In this document: one piece after another, positions 10,192 to 20,999 of the stretch
How positions within the stretch are numbered: the first letter of the stretch is position 1
Layout: each line of letters starts with the position of its first letter
DNA from: an uncultured Methanosarcinaceae archaeon
Lineage (GTDB): Archaea > Halobacteriota > Methanosarcinia > Methanosarcinales > Methanosarcinaceae
Direction: 5' to 3'
DNA length: 40,495 bases
NCBI GenBank assembly: GCA_963721455.1
Contig: CAVRJG010000071.1
Span: forward strand, 1 to 40,495
The notes under the pieces: generated by a model
What the model saw: only the letters and a program-made list of their open reading frames with translations
Database searches by the model: none
What the model was told of the DNA's origin: nothing
Position numbers and translations under genes: made by a program

Positions 10192-11805
10192 TTATATTTC
10201 TTCTGTTACTTTGAGCCTTTCTTCTTCTGTGAGCTGGGAGAGTACTTTCTCGGGTTTCCCCAGATCTACGATTTTTCCGTTACGCATAAGTGCTACACGG
10301 TCACAGATCTCGTGTACAAAATCCATGTCATGAGAGACTATAACAAATGTTTCTCCTATTTCTTCTCTGGCTTTCAGTATGGAATTCGTCACCGATACCT
10401 TGGTAATCGGGTCCATGGTTCCTGTTGGTTCATCCATAATGACGATTCTGGGTTCCTTGATAAGCACCTGCGCAAGTGCAATCCTATGCCGCTCTCCCTC
10501 ACTCATTTCATCGGTCATTTTGGGTAAAATAGATTTTGCCTTATTTTCTTCAAAGCCTGCAGCTTTGAGAGTTATTATGGCTTTTCTGACGCCAAGCTCA
10601 AAAGGCAGATCAAGGCTGATAGATTCAGTGAGGTTATCTATTACAGAGCTGTGAGTGTAGAGACCGTATTCCTGGTGCAGGAACCCCATGTATTTAGTTG
10701 CCCTTCCTTTATTTTCCACTCCCAGCTGTGTCATGTCAACCCATTCGTCTCCTACTCGAACTTCAACTTCTCCGGATGTGGGTGGTAGAATTCCCATAAG
10801 AATCTTCGAGGTGGTGGTCTTGCCTGCCCCGCTAACCCCGACTAGCCCGAAGATTTCTCCTTCCCTTACATCAAAAGAGATCTTATCTACAGCTCTTACT
10901 ACGCCGCGGTCTACTGAGATATAACGTTTTGAAAGGTCCCTTACGCGGATTATAGGCTCTCCGACCATGGCGTTCTTTTCCTGCCTCACCATAGATGCGC
11001 TCTGCATAAAGATTGTAGAAACTTCAAGGGGGTTCCCTTCCTGGATCACTTCTCCGTTTTCAAGCAGGATCGCCTTATCTGCCAGCTTCTCAATAACTTC
11101 GGGCCAGTGAGAGGTGAGAACCATGCTCATATTATAATTCCTCACTGCCTTAATCATAGCATCGTGGACCAGCTTTGCAGTCATGGGATCAAGTGTGCCC
11201 GTGGGTTCGTCAGCTAACAGGAGCAGGGGATTTCTCACAAGCTGCCTTGCAAGCACAACTCTCTGTTTTTCTCCACCTGAAAGTTCCCTTGCAATGTGCA
11301 TCATGCGGTGACTCAGGTTTACTTCTTCCAGCAGTTCAACCGCCTTTCTCATGGAATCTTTTCCCGTATACCCGATCTCAGTCAGGGAGTTTATAACGTT
11401 TACAAGAACCCTCTCATCTCCATAAAGGGCAAAGGTGCGCTGAAGCATGATCGCAATGCGTTTGGTGATATCTTTCCTTATCGGGTCGTAAAGGGAAAGT
11501 TTCACGAAATCCACTTCGAAAGCTTCCAGCGTTTCTCCACAAACCGGGCATTTCTGGCCTGTTTTACTGGGGCGTTCTATGTATCCGCACTTCTCGCAGC
11601 GGGACAGATGATAAATTACTTCACCTGATATATTTTCAAAAGATTCGGTCCCGCGCAGTACATGCATCAGGATTGTTTTTCCGGACCCGCTTTTTCCCAG
11701 AACTCCTACGATTTCTCCTTCCTTGATGCTTACGCTTAAGTTTTTCAGGGCTTTATGACCGTCAAAATCTACGGTTAGATTTTTAACTTCAATAAATACT
11801 GGCAT
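10192..11805 (-). CDS. atwA: Methyl-coenzyme M reductase system component A2 (dual ABC ATPase)
   Basis: Two ABC cassettes ([30 protein letters not shown]) with a CxxC...CxxC insert and no TM partner. Confidence 0.95.
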   Translation of the reverse strand: MPVFIEVKNLTVDFDGHKALKNLSVSIKEGEIVGVLGKSGSGKTILMHVLRGTESFENISGEVIYHLSRCEKCGYIERPSKTGQKCPVCGETLEAFEVDFVKLSLYDPIRKDITKRIAIMLQRTFALYGDERVLVNVINSLTEIGYTGKDSMRKAVELLEEVNLSHRMMHIARELSGGEKQRVVLARQLVRNPLLLLADEPTGTLDPMTAKLVHDAMIKAVRNYNMSMVLTSHWPEVIEKLADKAILLENGEVIQEGNPLEVSTIFMQSASMVRQEKNAMVGEPIIRVRDLSKRYISVDRGVVRAVDKISFDVREGEIFGLVGVSGAGKTTTSKILMGILPPTSGEVEVRVGDEWVDMTQLGVENKGRATKYMGFLHQEYGLYTHSSVIDNLTESISLDLPFELGVRKAIITLKAAGFEENKAKSILPKMTDEMSEGERHRIALAQVLIKEPRIVIMDEPTGTMDPITKVSVTNSILKAREEIGETFVIVSHDMDFVHEICDRVALMRNGKIVDLGKPEKVLSQLTEEERLKVTEEI

Positions 11806-12089
11806 GAATTTTCCTCCGCAATTATGAGCTGCAAAACTTTCTGGTGGCTCTTGCCTGCCTGGGCATATCGCTCAAGCGTAAAAAGCAATTTCTTCAAGTG
11901 AATGTGCACTAACATAAACAATAAATTTCATACATTTGGGCAACAACTAGATAAGAGTAAACATTAGATAAACATAACGTATTATTTTGTCACTGTTAAC
12001 ATCTAAAACCAAGATCATCCGGCGAATTTGCTGACTGGTATTGGTTATTTTTATTCTTTTTATTATTTTGGTTATATTTTATATATTGA

Positions 12090-12890
12090 TTACAGCCCTT
12101 TTACTACATCCACAACTTTTATTATATCATCGAGAACTACATCTGCTGCTTTTCTGAGTTCTTCTGGTCTTTTATCTCCCTGTTGCGTTGTCATTATTCC
12201 TACATCTGCTGCCCTGAAAGCCAGGATGTCATTAATTCCGTCCCCTACCATAACTACTTTCTCATACCTGCTTTTAAGTTCAAGCACCACTTTCTCCTTC
12301 ATAAAGGGATCTGCAAAGGCGAAGACTCTGTCCGTGGGGATATTTATGAACTCTGCAAGCTGCACGAGGGCTGACATTCTGTCCCCGGATGCTATGTACA
12401 TATCCACCTCTATGGCATGGAGCATCTGGATGGTTCGCAGCGTCTTATCAAATACCTGTCCTCCAGTGCTGAGCACGTAGGGTATTCTTCTTGCCGCCGA
12501 GTCCACTATCAGGCCGGCCGCAAGATAAATGCTGTCAGGGCAGCGGGATGTGACCGCCTCGATCACATCATGTACATCTCCCATCGGGATGGAAGTCCCT
12601 CTTATGACCTCACATGCAACATCCGGGGTAAACTTTCCTTTTGAACAGCTTATACCTATTGGAACTCGGTACTCCCTTATAAACTCAAATAAGGACATGT
12701 CCCTTCTTGAGCGCAGGATTATCTCTTTCTCGGTATTAAGAGCTACAAGGCCGCAACCTTTCTTTTTTGAGACAATGGCAGTGCTCTCTATGTTTTCAAG
12801 AATATTCCCGGTGCTGGCTTCTTTTGCAACCCTGTACATATGTAGAAGGGTTCCGGCACTGTCAAAGACCACTGCAATTCTTTTGGACAT
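12090..12890 (-). CDS. HAD-family hydrolase (soluble P-type ATPase-like)
   Basis: FDSAGTL, ASGD and MVGDGINDILA motifs. Confidence 0.85.
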   Translation of the reverse strand: MSKRIAVVFDSAGTLLHMYRVAKEASTGNILENIESTAIVSKKKGCGLVALNTEKEIILRSRRDMSLFEFIREYRVPIGISCSKGKFTPDVACEVIRGTSIPMGDVHDVIEAVTSRCPDSIYLAAGLIVDSAARRIPYVLSTGGQVFDKTLRTIQMLHAIEVDMYIASGDRMSALVQLAEFINIPTDRVFAFADPFMKEKVVLELKSRYEKVVMVGDGINDILAFRAADVGIMTTQQGDKRPEELRKAADVVLDDIIKVVDVVKGL

Positions 12891-12999
12891 ATCAAGTGAT
12901 TAAGCTATAAAATAAAAAAATCTTTGCGAAAACCTGAAAATATAACAGAAAAATGGAGGTTTATAAATATAAATAAATTGTGTGAAGTCAACTTTCTCT

Positions 13000-13896
13000 T
13001 CACATTATTGATGCCCCTGAAATCAGGACACCAGTAAAAAATCCCAGGATCACCCCGGAATTCAGGAAGGGAAGGCCTGCCTGCGGTTTTCCTCTCATTA
13101 CCAGGATCGAAAGTACTGCATGCCCTGCAAGGGTGCCCAATATGGCCCCGATTACGGGATATGAGATTCCTCCATTGCTTCGCATGAAAACGTTTGCCGA
13201 AACTACCAGCAGGGTAGGCATGACGGCATCTCCGAGGCCCATGAAAAAAGCTTCGCGCTTTTCTCCCTGTTTGAAGCTTTCCTGCAAGAAAGAATAGTTC
13301 AAGTGTTTTGGAATTACGAACAGAATGGGGAGCTTCAGATCCATTATTCCTTCGGCCATCACTATCATATGCTTTGTTTTGTATACCGAAATAGCATCAT
13401 AGACTGCAAGAAGTAACAGAAGCACTATTACAGGGACAACTGAAAGGGAAATCCCTAACAGGGCACTGACCCCGCCTGCAATGCAAACTCCCGCAATGTC
13501 AACTACGTACCATTCGGGATATTTATAAAGCAACACTGTTATTCCTGTAGAGAGCAGGACTGAGGCAATTGCTTCAAACCCTGAAAGAGATGGGAAGAGG
13601 GTAAACAGGGCGAAGAACACGTAATATAGAGTGCTTATTATGGCGAAGTATATAAAGAGGCTGATTATCCATTTCATATTTCTCTTTAATGCTATCAGGA
13701 CAAACAGGGTAAAAACCAGGATCATTATAATATAATATATGGAATTGGATACCTGGGTTGGGTCCTCAAAAGCCTGCATGTCATTAACTTCCATGGGCGC
13801 GGACAAAAATAGCGCAAGAACCTGCACTATCAGGATTAATCCTGCCATGGAAAGAATAGGTAAATAATCTTTAATTGATTGTTCACTGGAACTCAA
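13000..13896 (-). CDS. Presenilin-family intramembrane aspartyl protease (PSH)
   Basis: Multi-TM protein with YD, GLGD and PAL-like PQAGLP motifs. Confidence 0.9.
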   Translation of the reverse strand: MSSSEQSIKDYLPILSMAGLILIVQVLALFLSAPMEVNDMQAFEDPTQVSNSIYYIIMILVFTLFVLIALKRNMKWIISLFIYFAIISTLYYVFFALFTLFPSLSGFEAIASVLLSTGITVLLYKYPEWYVVDIAGVCIAGGVSALLGISLSVVPVIVLLLLLAVYDAISVYKTKHMIVMAEGIMDLKLPILFVIPKHLNYSFLQESFKQGEKREAFFMGLGDAVMPTLLVVSANVFMRSNGGISYPVIGAILGTLAGHAVLSILVMRGKPQAGLPFLNSGVILGFFTGVLISGASIM

Positions 13897-14280
13897 GTGC
13901 TAAACTCCTTAATTCTTGACAGTATGCCTTTTTTATTCCTTTATATATTTACTGTATTCTTTATCTCCGACTCCTTCTGAACTATTTATATAATTACCTT
14001 CACAGGAAAATATTTTTTTCTTTTTCCGCGTTTTTTTCTAAATAAAGAGTTTTCCTGCCAAATGCTTCAGGTATATACTCCCTGAGACACTACCCAACTT
14101 TTCTCAGGAGTGATATTAAGAAAGTAACGGAGCAAAAACATGCATAAATAATCTGTGCAAAAAATTATATATTATCTCTATATAAAAAAGACTCAGTTCC
14201 AAAATCTAGTGCATCGATTTCAAATTAGGGGGATAAAAATGGACTTTGAAATCAACACTTGTCAAAGAGTTTCCCATAAA

Positions 14281-14350
14281 AAACTGCAGATGGACACGGG
14301 TAAACACGAATTGAAACCATCTGTGTTCATCTGTGTTTATCCTGGGTTTA
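14281..14350. repeat. REP-like imperfect palindrome built from ~10-bp ACACAGAT/ATCTGTGT units
   Basis: AACTGCAGATGGACACGGGTAAACACG ... ATCTGTGTTCATCTGTGTTTATCCTGGGTTT. Confidence 0.5.
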
Positions 14351-14395
14351 TTGAGGATATATGGAATCGATGCACTAGTAAAAAAGGATGGATCG

Positions 14396-14623
14396 ATGGG
14401 ATATAGAGAGGGGGATGAACTTGTAATTAATAATGTGAAAATATCTCGCGATCTTACAAAGCAAAAAGATCAATATACAATTGCAATTACTTTTATCGCA
14501 GTTTCACTCATATCCCTTTTTAATTCTTTTGCAAGGCATCCTATTCTAAACAAAATGCTAACGGTTGGATTTATTTTAATGGTACTGTTGTCAATACGCA
14601 AATCTCGTCAAACGCAGACCTAA
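14396..14623 (+). CDS. Small hypothetical membrane protein (75 aa, 2 TM), probable island cargo
   Basis: ATG at 14396 after AGGA, two hydrophobic segments; ends 11 nt before repeat R1. Confidence 0.5.
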   Translation: MGYREGDELVINNVKISRDLTKQKDQYTIAITFIAVSLISLFNSFARHPILNKMLTVGFILMVLLSIRKSRQTQT

Positions 14624-14634
14624 GACAGATCGTT

Positions 14635-14688
14635 CATGTTCAAACATTACTGAATCAGAAGGCCATCGAAGCGCCCGGAGAAAATAAA
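14635..14688 (+). repeat. Gene-3'-end repeat R1 (HVQTLLNQKAIEAPGENK, truncated)
   Basis: Aligns with R2 and R3 at DNA and peptide level. Confidence 0.85.
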
Positions 14689-14871
14689 AGCTTACTTTTT
14701 TCTATAAAAAATCTAATAGTCCCTATCCTAAAAATAAGCTTTATAACGTTTTTAATTTTGTAATGAGCGTCTATAATTCTTCATATGTAGATAAACGGGT
14801 TTAATTAAAATAAACCCTTAAAAAGTATATTTCACAAAATAATAAAGTACAAAACCCAGGACATAAAGTAA

Positions 14872-15069
14872 TTCTCCAGCCGGAAGGCCAGAGCTGAAGA
14901 GCTGGATAAACACAATTCTACTTTGAATGGAGAGCGGGAGAAAGCGGAGAGGGATAAAGAGGACCTCAAAAATACCTATAACAATTACTTTTTACAGGTT
15001 CAAACGTTGATTAATCAGAAGGCTATAGAGGCACCTGGAGCAAAAAAGAAATGGTATAAATTTTGGTAA
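14872..15069 (+). pseudogene. 5'-truncated coiled-coil protein ending ...YNNYFLQVQTLINQKAIEAPGAKKKWYKFW* (DUF536-like tail); contains repeat R2 (14995-15069)
   Basis: Open frame after the stop at 14869-14871 with no ATG, charged heptad-like sequence and a basic/Trp C-terminal tail. Confidence 0.7.
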
Positions 15070-15305
15070 TGTATGGAAGGCCTGTTATCAGGAGCGGATT
15101 TTTTATTCTGAAAGCGTTGATATAGATGGCGAAGCAATATTAAATATTGTAAAGCACCTTGAATTTTAGTCACATTGGGCACTTAATAGTTTGTCGTCGA
15201 TGCCGATTGGTCTTAGATTGGACACCTAGAGCCAATCGGCATACCATTTTTCTCAAGATTGTTTTTGCTTTACTGTCTGATGCTAATTTCCACTTTATGA
15301 ATCCA

Positions 15306-15380
15306 CAGGTTCAAAAACTAATTAATCAGAAGGCTATAGAAGCGCCAGGGAATAAGAAGAAACGGTGGAAATTTTGGTAA
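15306..15380 (+). repeat. Gene-3'-end repeat R3 (QVQKLINQKAIEAPGNKKKRWKFW*)
   Basis: 75 nt, colinear with R2 without gaps; many differences are synonymous. Confidence 0.88.
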
Positions 15381-15502
15381 TTTGTCCTTTCTGTGCCATT
15401 TATCAGATGAGATATTCACAATGCCTGCGTGAATTTTAATACAATTGGGATATCCCAGGATCCCGGCCATTATCAGGAATGAATATACTAATTATATAGT
15501 CT

Positions 15503-15966
15503 TTAAATTGGTATCCCTTTTATAGTATCATAAATTATTATTTGACAATACCCGTATACATTAATGACTTCCTGCAGGTCCTCTTTAGTAGGGATACTCA
15601 TGTTATTTTTTAGCGGGCGCGCTTTGGTCCCTGATTGCGGCAATGTAGGAATCTCAATATCAAACGTTTGATAAAAGCTTTTGACTCCTGTTAAGTGACT
15701 CTTAACGGTCAGATGGGCGTTATCTCTTTCCTCTTGTAAATTCTTTCTAAATCCAATTAGATACTTTTTTATATTGCGCTGTCGCATCAGTTTACCGGAC
15801 TTTACCTCCTGCTCGGCTTCACTTAAAAGTTCATCTGGAGTTTTCCGGTCCATTCAGTAAAGTGTTTCATAGATAACAAATAATTCCTTTTCGTGTTCGG
15901 TCGCGGGTTCAGAGTGTCAAGCCACTCCGTAATTACCGGATCGTTCCTCAGGTCATCGATAATCAT
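15503..15966 (-). pseudogene. Tyrosine recombinase/integrase, frameshifted (~15843) and truncated before the catalytic domain
   Basis: NTKRNYL..MKHFTEWTGK/TPDELL..AE, TVKSHLTGVKSFY and IPTKEDLQEV are typical of the SAM-like core-binding domain and linker. No R-H-R-Y region is present. Confidence 0.8.
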
Positions 15967-16106
15967 AAAAAGCCTCAGTTCCAAGATATATTTACTTTTG
16001 GACTGATCCTTTAATGGAGGTATCTCCACATAATATTTTGAAATATGTTCTATCACGGAAATCGTGTGTACGCGGAGAATTTCTACAGATATTTTAGAGG
16101 TATACG

Positions 16107-16430
16107 ATGGAGACTAGAGATACAATATTTCTTGTTGTTATGGTTCTGTCATCCTTCCTTCTGTCCTTTGAGTGGCTTAAAAGGTTTGCATACAACCCTG
16201 CAAATCCCCTGATCATTCTTTCGGTTATGGTCCTAGTCGGAACATTAGCTGTTATGCTCATCTCTATTAACACTAAGCTTCAGGAGTTCGAAGATAAGAT
16301 GGAAGCAAAGGACCGTACCCTCAAGGCAAACATGGAGAGTACGGGAGTAAAAATCGAAGAACGGATGAATGAATTATCAAGCAAAGTTGATAATGCTATT
16401 TACGAATTCAACCGCAGAAAATACCATTAA
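16107..16430 (+). CDS. Hypothetical protein, 2 TM plus coiled coil
   Basis: GAGGT RBS, two hydrophobic helices, charged C-terminus. Confidence 0.75.
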   Translation: METRDTIFLVVMVLSSFLLSFEWLKRFAYNPANPLIILSVMVLVGTLAVMLISINTKLQEFEDKMEAKDRTLKANMESTGVKIEERMNELSSKVDNAIYEFNRRKYH

Positions 16431-16939
16431 ATTCTATTTCTAATCCTATTTTTTATATAAAAACGAAATTTTCAATATTTTGTCCTTGAGAAAGGTTGTG
16501 GTTCGAATATCCAAATTTTTCTAACAATTAAATATGATTTTTAGTTTAAGAATATATAACAGTTTAGCAGTACGTCCTTTATAATGCAGGAATCTTCTAT
16601 ATAGACAGAATAAATTAATAAAAAAGTGAATCCACATTTTTCCAAACAGATATTCTTATTCTACGTGGTTTTGAATATAAATTTATTCTCATTTCTCCTC
16701 AGTTTAATCGTAATATATGTTAATTTTTTCAATTTAATTCATACCCGATTAGATATTTCGGGTGCAGGCTCCATTATTTAGTAAAGTATTTATATTGGTT
16801 CCTCTGTACTACAGAGGAATATCTGAAATTAAAGCCATTATTAAAATAATAGATCAGATATTATGTATCGCAAGTTATTATTACTCAGAGTTAGTATAAT
16901 TTGATTACTTGTGTAAACAGGTAAAGAAGGAAAGCTAAT

Positions 16940-17242
16940 ATGCACCTTAATCTGGAACCGATTGGCATTATCAAGAAGGTTGCAAATAAGTCGGAAATTT
17001 TGATTTATTCTGATTTTGAACAGGTCATACGAAATATTGTTTCCAAAATAGGAGAAGGGGCTGAGAAGGGACAGAAGCTCCTGGTCGTCCATAAAAACAA
17101 TAGCAAAAAACAGGCAGATGGCCACCAGGTTCAGGTCACGAAAGCGACGTTACTGGAAAGGAAAGGCAATTTGCTGACAATATCCAAAATAGAGGCAAAT
17201 GAAGATTCAGTAATCGATGTTCGACTTGATCTTACCGCCTGA
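16940..17242 (+). CDS. Hypothetical protein, divergent TrmO/TsaA(YaeB)-like beta-barrel
   Basis: LEPIGII, SEILIY and LLERKGNLLTI..IEA...SVIDV echo TsaA-family motifs, but the central conserved block is absent. Confidence 0.6.
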   Translation: MHLNLEPIGIIKKVANKSEILIYSDFEQVIRNIVSKIGEGAEKGQKLLVVHKNNSKKQADGHQVQVTKATLLERKGNLLTISKIEANEDSVIDVRLDLTA

Positions 17243-17612
17243 TTTTGAGGTGTCTGTAGGGGCTCGTTAAGCTTATTAAGTTCTCACATCTTTTCTCTGC
17301 CTTATCGGATAGCTTGAATTGGCTTTCAGGAAGGCTGACGGGTACAAACTTCATAACATTGAATTGCTTTGTTTATCTTTTTCCTGCTGAGCAGTGGCTG
17401 TCTTCAATAAGGTATTTCTGAATAATTGTGAACCTGCAGTAAGCATAAAATTCCAGTACATATAAAACGTATTGCTCAGTAAATAACAGGTATTGCGGTA
17501 AAGTATCTTTGATATTCGTTTTCCACGGAACAATTGAAGGGTTAAAGAATATGAGGGAAAGCAAAGGAAGCAATGATGCTTTAAGGCAAAATCCAGATAC
17601 TCGAGGGAAAAC

Positions 17613-18629
17613 ATGGGCACGGACATAGGTGATCTGCTCCAGAAAAGAAAAGTTGAACTTTCGGATCTTGCAAACCGGGTGGTTGCTATTGATGCATTTA
17701 ACACGCTGCACCAGTTTTTGAGCATTATTCGCCAGCGGGATGGGAGTCCTCTGGTGGATTCAGGAGGGAGAATAACTTCCCATCTCTCAGGCCTGCTCTA
17801 CCGGACAGCGAGCCTTGTTGAAGCCGGTATCAAGCCTCTTTTTGTTTTTGACGGCAAGCCTCCTGACCTCAAGTCCGATACTCTGAACCGAAGAAATGAA
17901 ATAAGGGAATCTGCACGGGAAAAATGGGAGAATGCAAAGGTTGCGGGGGATCTCGAATCTGCTTTTAAGTATGCTCAGGCTTCTTCGAAGGTAAACCGGG
18001 AAATCGTTGAAGATTCCAAATACCTTCTTGGCATTATGGGAATTCCTTTTGTTCAGGCCCCCTGTGAAGGGGAAGCGCAGGCTGCACATATGGTTCTCAA
18101 AAAAGATGCTAACTGTGTTGCTTCTCAGGACTACGATTCATTCCTTTTCGGAGCTCCGACAGTTATCCGGAACCTGGCTGTCACAGGAAAACGCAAGCTT
18201 CCGGGAAAGAATGTTTACGTTGATGTCGAGCCCGAAATAATCGAACTGGACGAAACCCTCAATGCTCTGGGAATTGACAGGGAGCAACTTATAGATATTG
18301 CGATTTGTGTGGGTACGGATTACAATAAAGGCCTGGAAAAGGTCGGCCCTAAAACAGCCCTCAAACTTATTAAAAAGCACGGGGATATCCATGCCGTACT
18401 CCGTGAAAAAGGGGCCGAGATTGAAGCTGTGGACAAAATAAGAGAATTTTTCATCCACCCCGAAGTAACGGACGACTACGAAATCAAATGGGGCAAGCCT
18501 GACTCCGAAAAGCTTATCGAATTCCTCTGCGACAATCACGACTTTTCGGTTGATAGAGTGGAGAAAGCCGCAGAGCGCCTTAAAGCCGCTTCAGGAGCGA
18601 GGCAGAAAACTCTTGACCAGTGGTTTTAA
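17613..18629 (+). CDS. fen: Flap endonuclease 1
   Basis: DAFN.LHQFL.IIRQ.DG, EGEAQAA, SQDYD and GTDYN motifs; PIP box QKTLDQWF. Confidence 0.97.
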   Translation: MGTDIGDLLQKRKVELSDLANRVVAIDAFNTLHQFLSIIRQRDGSPLVDSGGRITSHLSGLLYRTASLVEAGIKPLFVFDGKPPDLKSDTLNRRNEIRESAREKWENAKVAGDLESAFKYAQASSKVNREIVEDSKYLLGIMGIPFVQAPCEGEAQAAHMVLKKDANCVASQDYDSFLFGAPTVIRNLAVTGKRKLPGKNVYVDVEPEIIELDETLNALGIDREQLIDIAICVGTDYNKGLEKVGPKTALKLIKKHGDIHAVLREKGAEIEAVDKIREFFIHPEVTDDYEIKWGKPDSEKLIEFLCDNHDFSVDRVEKAAERLKAASGARQKTLDQWF

Positions 18630-18712
18630 TGGAATTTTTCTGTTCAACAGCATCTTTACATTAAATTCCTTCTTTCTACAAATCTTTTCATAAAATATTC
18701 AGGCAAGGAGGC

Positions 18713-19720
18713 TTGAGGCTGGCAAAAGCAGGCACGAACTCTTCCCAGGAAGAGCACCCACATGCCCATACCCACGGCGTTGTGGATCCTGAACTTCTTT
18801 CCACATCCAGGGGACTCCATGCAGTCAAGTGGTCCTTTGCCGGACTGATAGCAACAGCTTTTTTTCAGATCCTTGTTGTCTGGGTTTCGGGAAGTGTAGC
18901 CCTTCTCGCTGATACAATCCATAATTTCGGGGATGCCGCAACCGCAATTCCCCTGGGTTTTGCCTTTCTTCTTTCCCGGAAAAAGCCGAATAAACGTTTC
19001 ACTTACGGCTACGGCAGAGCAGAGGACTTTGCAGGGCTGTTAATTGTCTTCTTAATCTTTTTAAGTGCTGCTGTTGCTGCCTATGAGTCGATTTCCAGGC
19101 TTTTTTTCCCGCAGCCTGTGGGGTTTCTTGGAGGTGTGGTTGCAGCTTCGGTTGTCGGATTTCTGGGGAATGAACTGGTTGCGAAATTCAGGATTAAAGT
19201 GGGTACGGAAATCGGGAGTGCCGCTCTTGTGGCCGATGGCTACCATGCGCGGGCAGACGGCTTTACGAGCCTTGCAGTACTTTTCGGGGTGCTTGGGGTC
19301 TGGCTGGGTTATCCGCTTGCAGACCCTCTGGTAGGGATTCTTATTACGATTGCAATCCTCCGAATAGTCTGGGGTGCGGGCAAATCCGTATTTTTCCGTA
19401 TGCTCGACGGAGTTGAACCCGACATAGTTGACGAGATCCGCCAGGCAGTAACCGGGGTAGAAAAGGTAAGGGATGTAGCTGAAGTAAGGGTTCGCTGGCT
19501 AGGGCACAGGCTGTATGCGGAAGTAAATATTGCGGTAGACCCATTGCTTTCTGTCGAAGAAGGGCATGCAATTGCCGTGGAGGTACGGAACAGAATGATG
19601 CAGGGACTGGGTTACCTTTCAAACGTAGTTGTGCATGTGGACCCGCTCGGGTCAGCTGGGGAAGTATTTCACAGGTTCCCTGAGCATGAACACGACAGTC
19701 TGCCTTCCCACTCTCACTGA
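18713..19720 (+). CDS. Cation diffusion facilitator (CDF) metal transporter
   Basis: SGSVALLADTIHN, FTYGYGRAED and ADGYHARAD motifs; His-rich termini. Confidence 0.92.
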   Translation: MRLAKAGTNSSQEEHPHAHTHGVVDPELLSTSRGLHAVKWSFAGLIATAFFQILVVWVSGSVALLADTIHNFGDAATAIPLGFAFLLSRKKPNKRFTYGYGRAEDFAGLLIVFLIFLSAAVAAYESISRLFFPQPVGFLGGVVAASVVGFLGNELVAKFRIKVGTEIGSAALVADGYHARADGFTSLAVLFGVLGVWLGYPLADPLVGILITIAILRIVWGAGKSVFFRMLDGVEPDIVDEIRQAVTGVEKVRDVAEVRVRWLGHRLYAEVNIAVDPLLSVEEGHAIAVEVRNRMMQGLGYLSNVVVHVDPLGSAGEVFHRFPEHEHDSLPSHSH

Positions 19721-19733
19721 ACCTGTAAGACCT

Positions 19734-20696
19734 TCAAGCTCGTAATCTGAAAATCTCTGCGCCGCTGTTTTTTGCCCTGGTAAGCATTACAGTCCCGCCG
19801 ACCGATTCGTCGAGCAACTTCTGGACTTCATCCTGGAGCTGCCTGCCTTCTGATCTATTATCTACAAAGGAATATACTACAGGCCCAAACGAACTTACCC
19901 CTGCTCCGTAACTTCGGCTGCGCATGAAAGATGCGATATCTTTTACAAATTCAGGCCAGATAAGGCTCTCTATTTTATTGAAGCCGACAGTCTGGACATG
20001 GTTTACTGCGGCCCCGAAATTCTCTATATCTCCCTCTATTACTGCAGGCATCATCTGCATGAGTACCACATGGGCAATTTCCCGAACCTCCTCTATCGGG
20101 AGGGGGCAGAACTCTTTGAAGATATCGATTTCTTCCTGGTCATGCATTCCCTTCTCGTTAGGGATTGCCACAACTATGTCCCATTCAGGAAAGTCTTCCC
20201 TGAAGAGCACTGGCCCAGGGGGCACTCTGCTGGCAGCAGACGGCATAAAAACACCTTTGTCTTTGAACCTGTGCCCTCCGTCAACAATAAATCCGCCTTT
20301 TTCAAAAGCAGTTACTCCTATACCCGAAGTTCCTCCTCTCTTTACTGCAAATGCAAGTTCTCTAACGCTTTTCCCGAGCCCGTACAGTTCATTCACAGCT
20401 GCTGCCGCAGCCAGGGAAGACTGGGTTCCTGATCCAAAACCCACATGGGCAGGAATCAGTTCTTCGATATTGATCCTTATCCCCTTCCCTTCGGGAAGCA
20501 GGGCTTCTGCAGCTTTTTTCATTCGATCGGCAAAACCCTGCAGACCTTCTATACTGACTCCTTCTGCCTCTTCTGCCGTAACTCTTATATTAGGAGAGGA
20601 AAGAGTCAGCCCTGCTCCTCCATCAACTCTTCCGATCTCTGCGTTCATATCGATAAGGGTCATATGAATCCGGCAGGGAGTAATTATTTTGATCAT
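19734..20696 (-). CDS. mptG: Beta-ribofuranosylaminobenzene 5'-phosphate synthase (methanopterin biosynthesis)
   Basis: GHMP motif PAHVGFGSGTQ, RGGTSGIG, GGFIVDGGH and SSFGP. Confidence 0.9.
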   Translation of the reverse strand: MIKIITPCRIHMTLIDMNAEIGRVDGGAGLTLSSPNIRVTAEEAEGVSIEGLQGFADRMKKAAEALLPEGKGIRINIEELIPAHVGFGSGTQSSLAAAAAVNELYGLGKSVRELAFAVKRGGTSGIGVTAFEKGGFIVDGGHRFKDKGVFMPSAASRVPPGPVLFREDFPEWDIVVAIPNEKGMHDQEEIDIFKEFCPLPIEEVREIAHVVLMQMMPAVIEGDIENFGAAVNHVQTVGFNKIESLIWPEFVKDIASFMRSRSYGAGVSSFGPVVYSFVDNRSEGRQLQDEVQKLLDESVGGTVMLTRAKNSGAEIFRLRA

Positions 20697-20802
20697 TCCT
20701 TTTAAACTCCGAAAGTAGATTTAACGCTTTATTACTTTCTAGGTATCTGTGCTCTTTTATTGTAGCTGCTGATATTTAATCTTTTTAAAATATTCATTTA
20801 TC

Positions 20803-20999
20803 GTAACTATTCAGCCTACCCAAAATCAGTTGATTGATATTGATTTTGACCTCACAGATAAGTGTGATTACTAACCAATGAAAAAATAAAAAATGCAATC
20901 AATAGCCAACAATTAACGAAAACTAATTCAGAGAAATTCGCCCACTGAACTTTATGAAAGATGGTTATTGATGTTGTTTTTCCCATGCTGAATAGTTTC
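20803..20999. mobile_element. MITE C (197 bp) with 8-bp TSD
   Basis: TIRs GTAACTATTCAGC (20803-20815) and GCTGAATAGTTTC (20987-20999), 12/13 match. Perfect CATTTATC direct repeats at 20795-20802 and 21000-21007. Confidence 0.85.

Noticed and set aside
14635-15380. Repeats R1-R3 as a CRISPR array or classical attC sites
   Set aside because: The units are 54-75 nt with spacers of about 235-305 nt, diverge at synonymous positions, lack RYYYAAC/GTTRRRY palindromic ends, and have no cas genes nearby.
15159-15380. 73-aa ORF as a genuine gene
   Set aside because: Only the last 24 codons are family-like. The upstream part crosses a hairpin and looks like chance open frame.
13900-16100. tRNA integration site for the integrase island
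   Set aside because: No cloverleaf or T-loop consensus was recognised, and no tRNA or rRNA was seen anywhere in the window.
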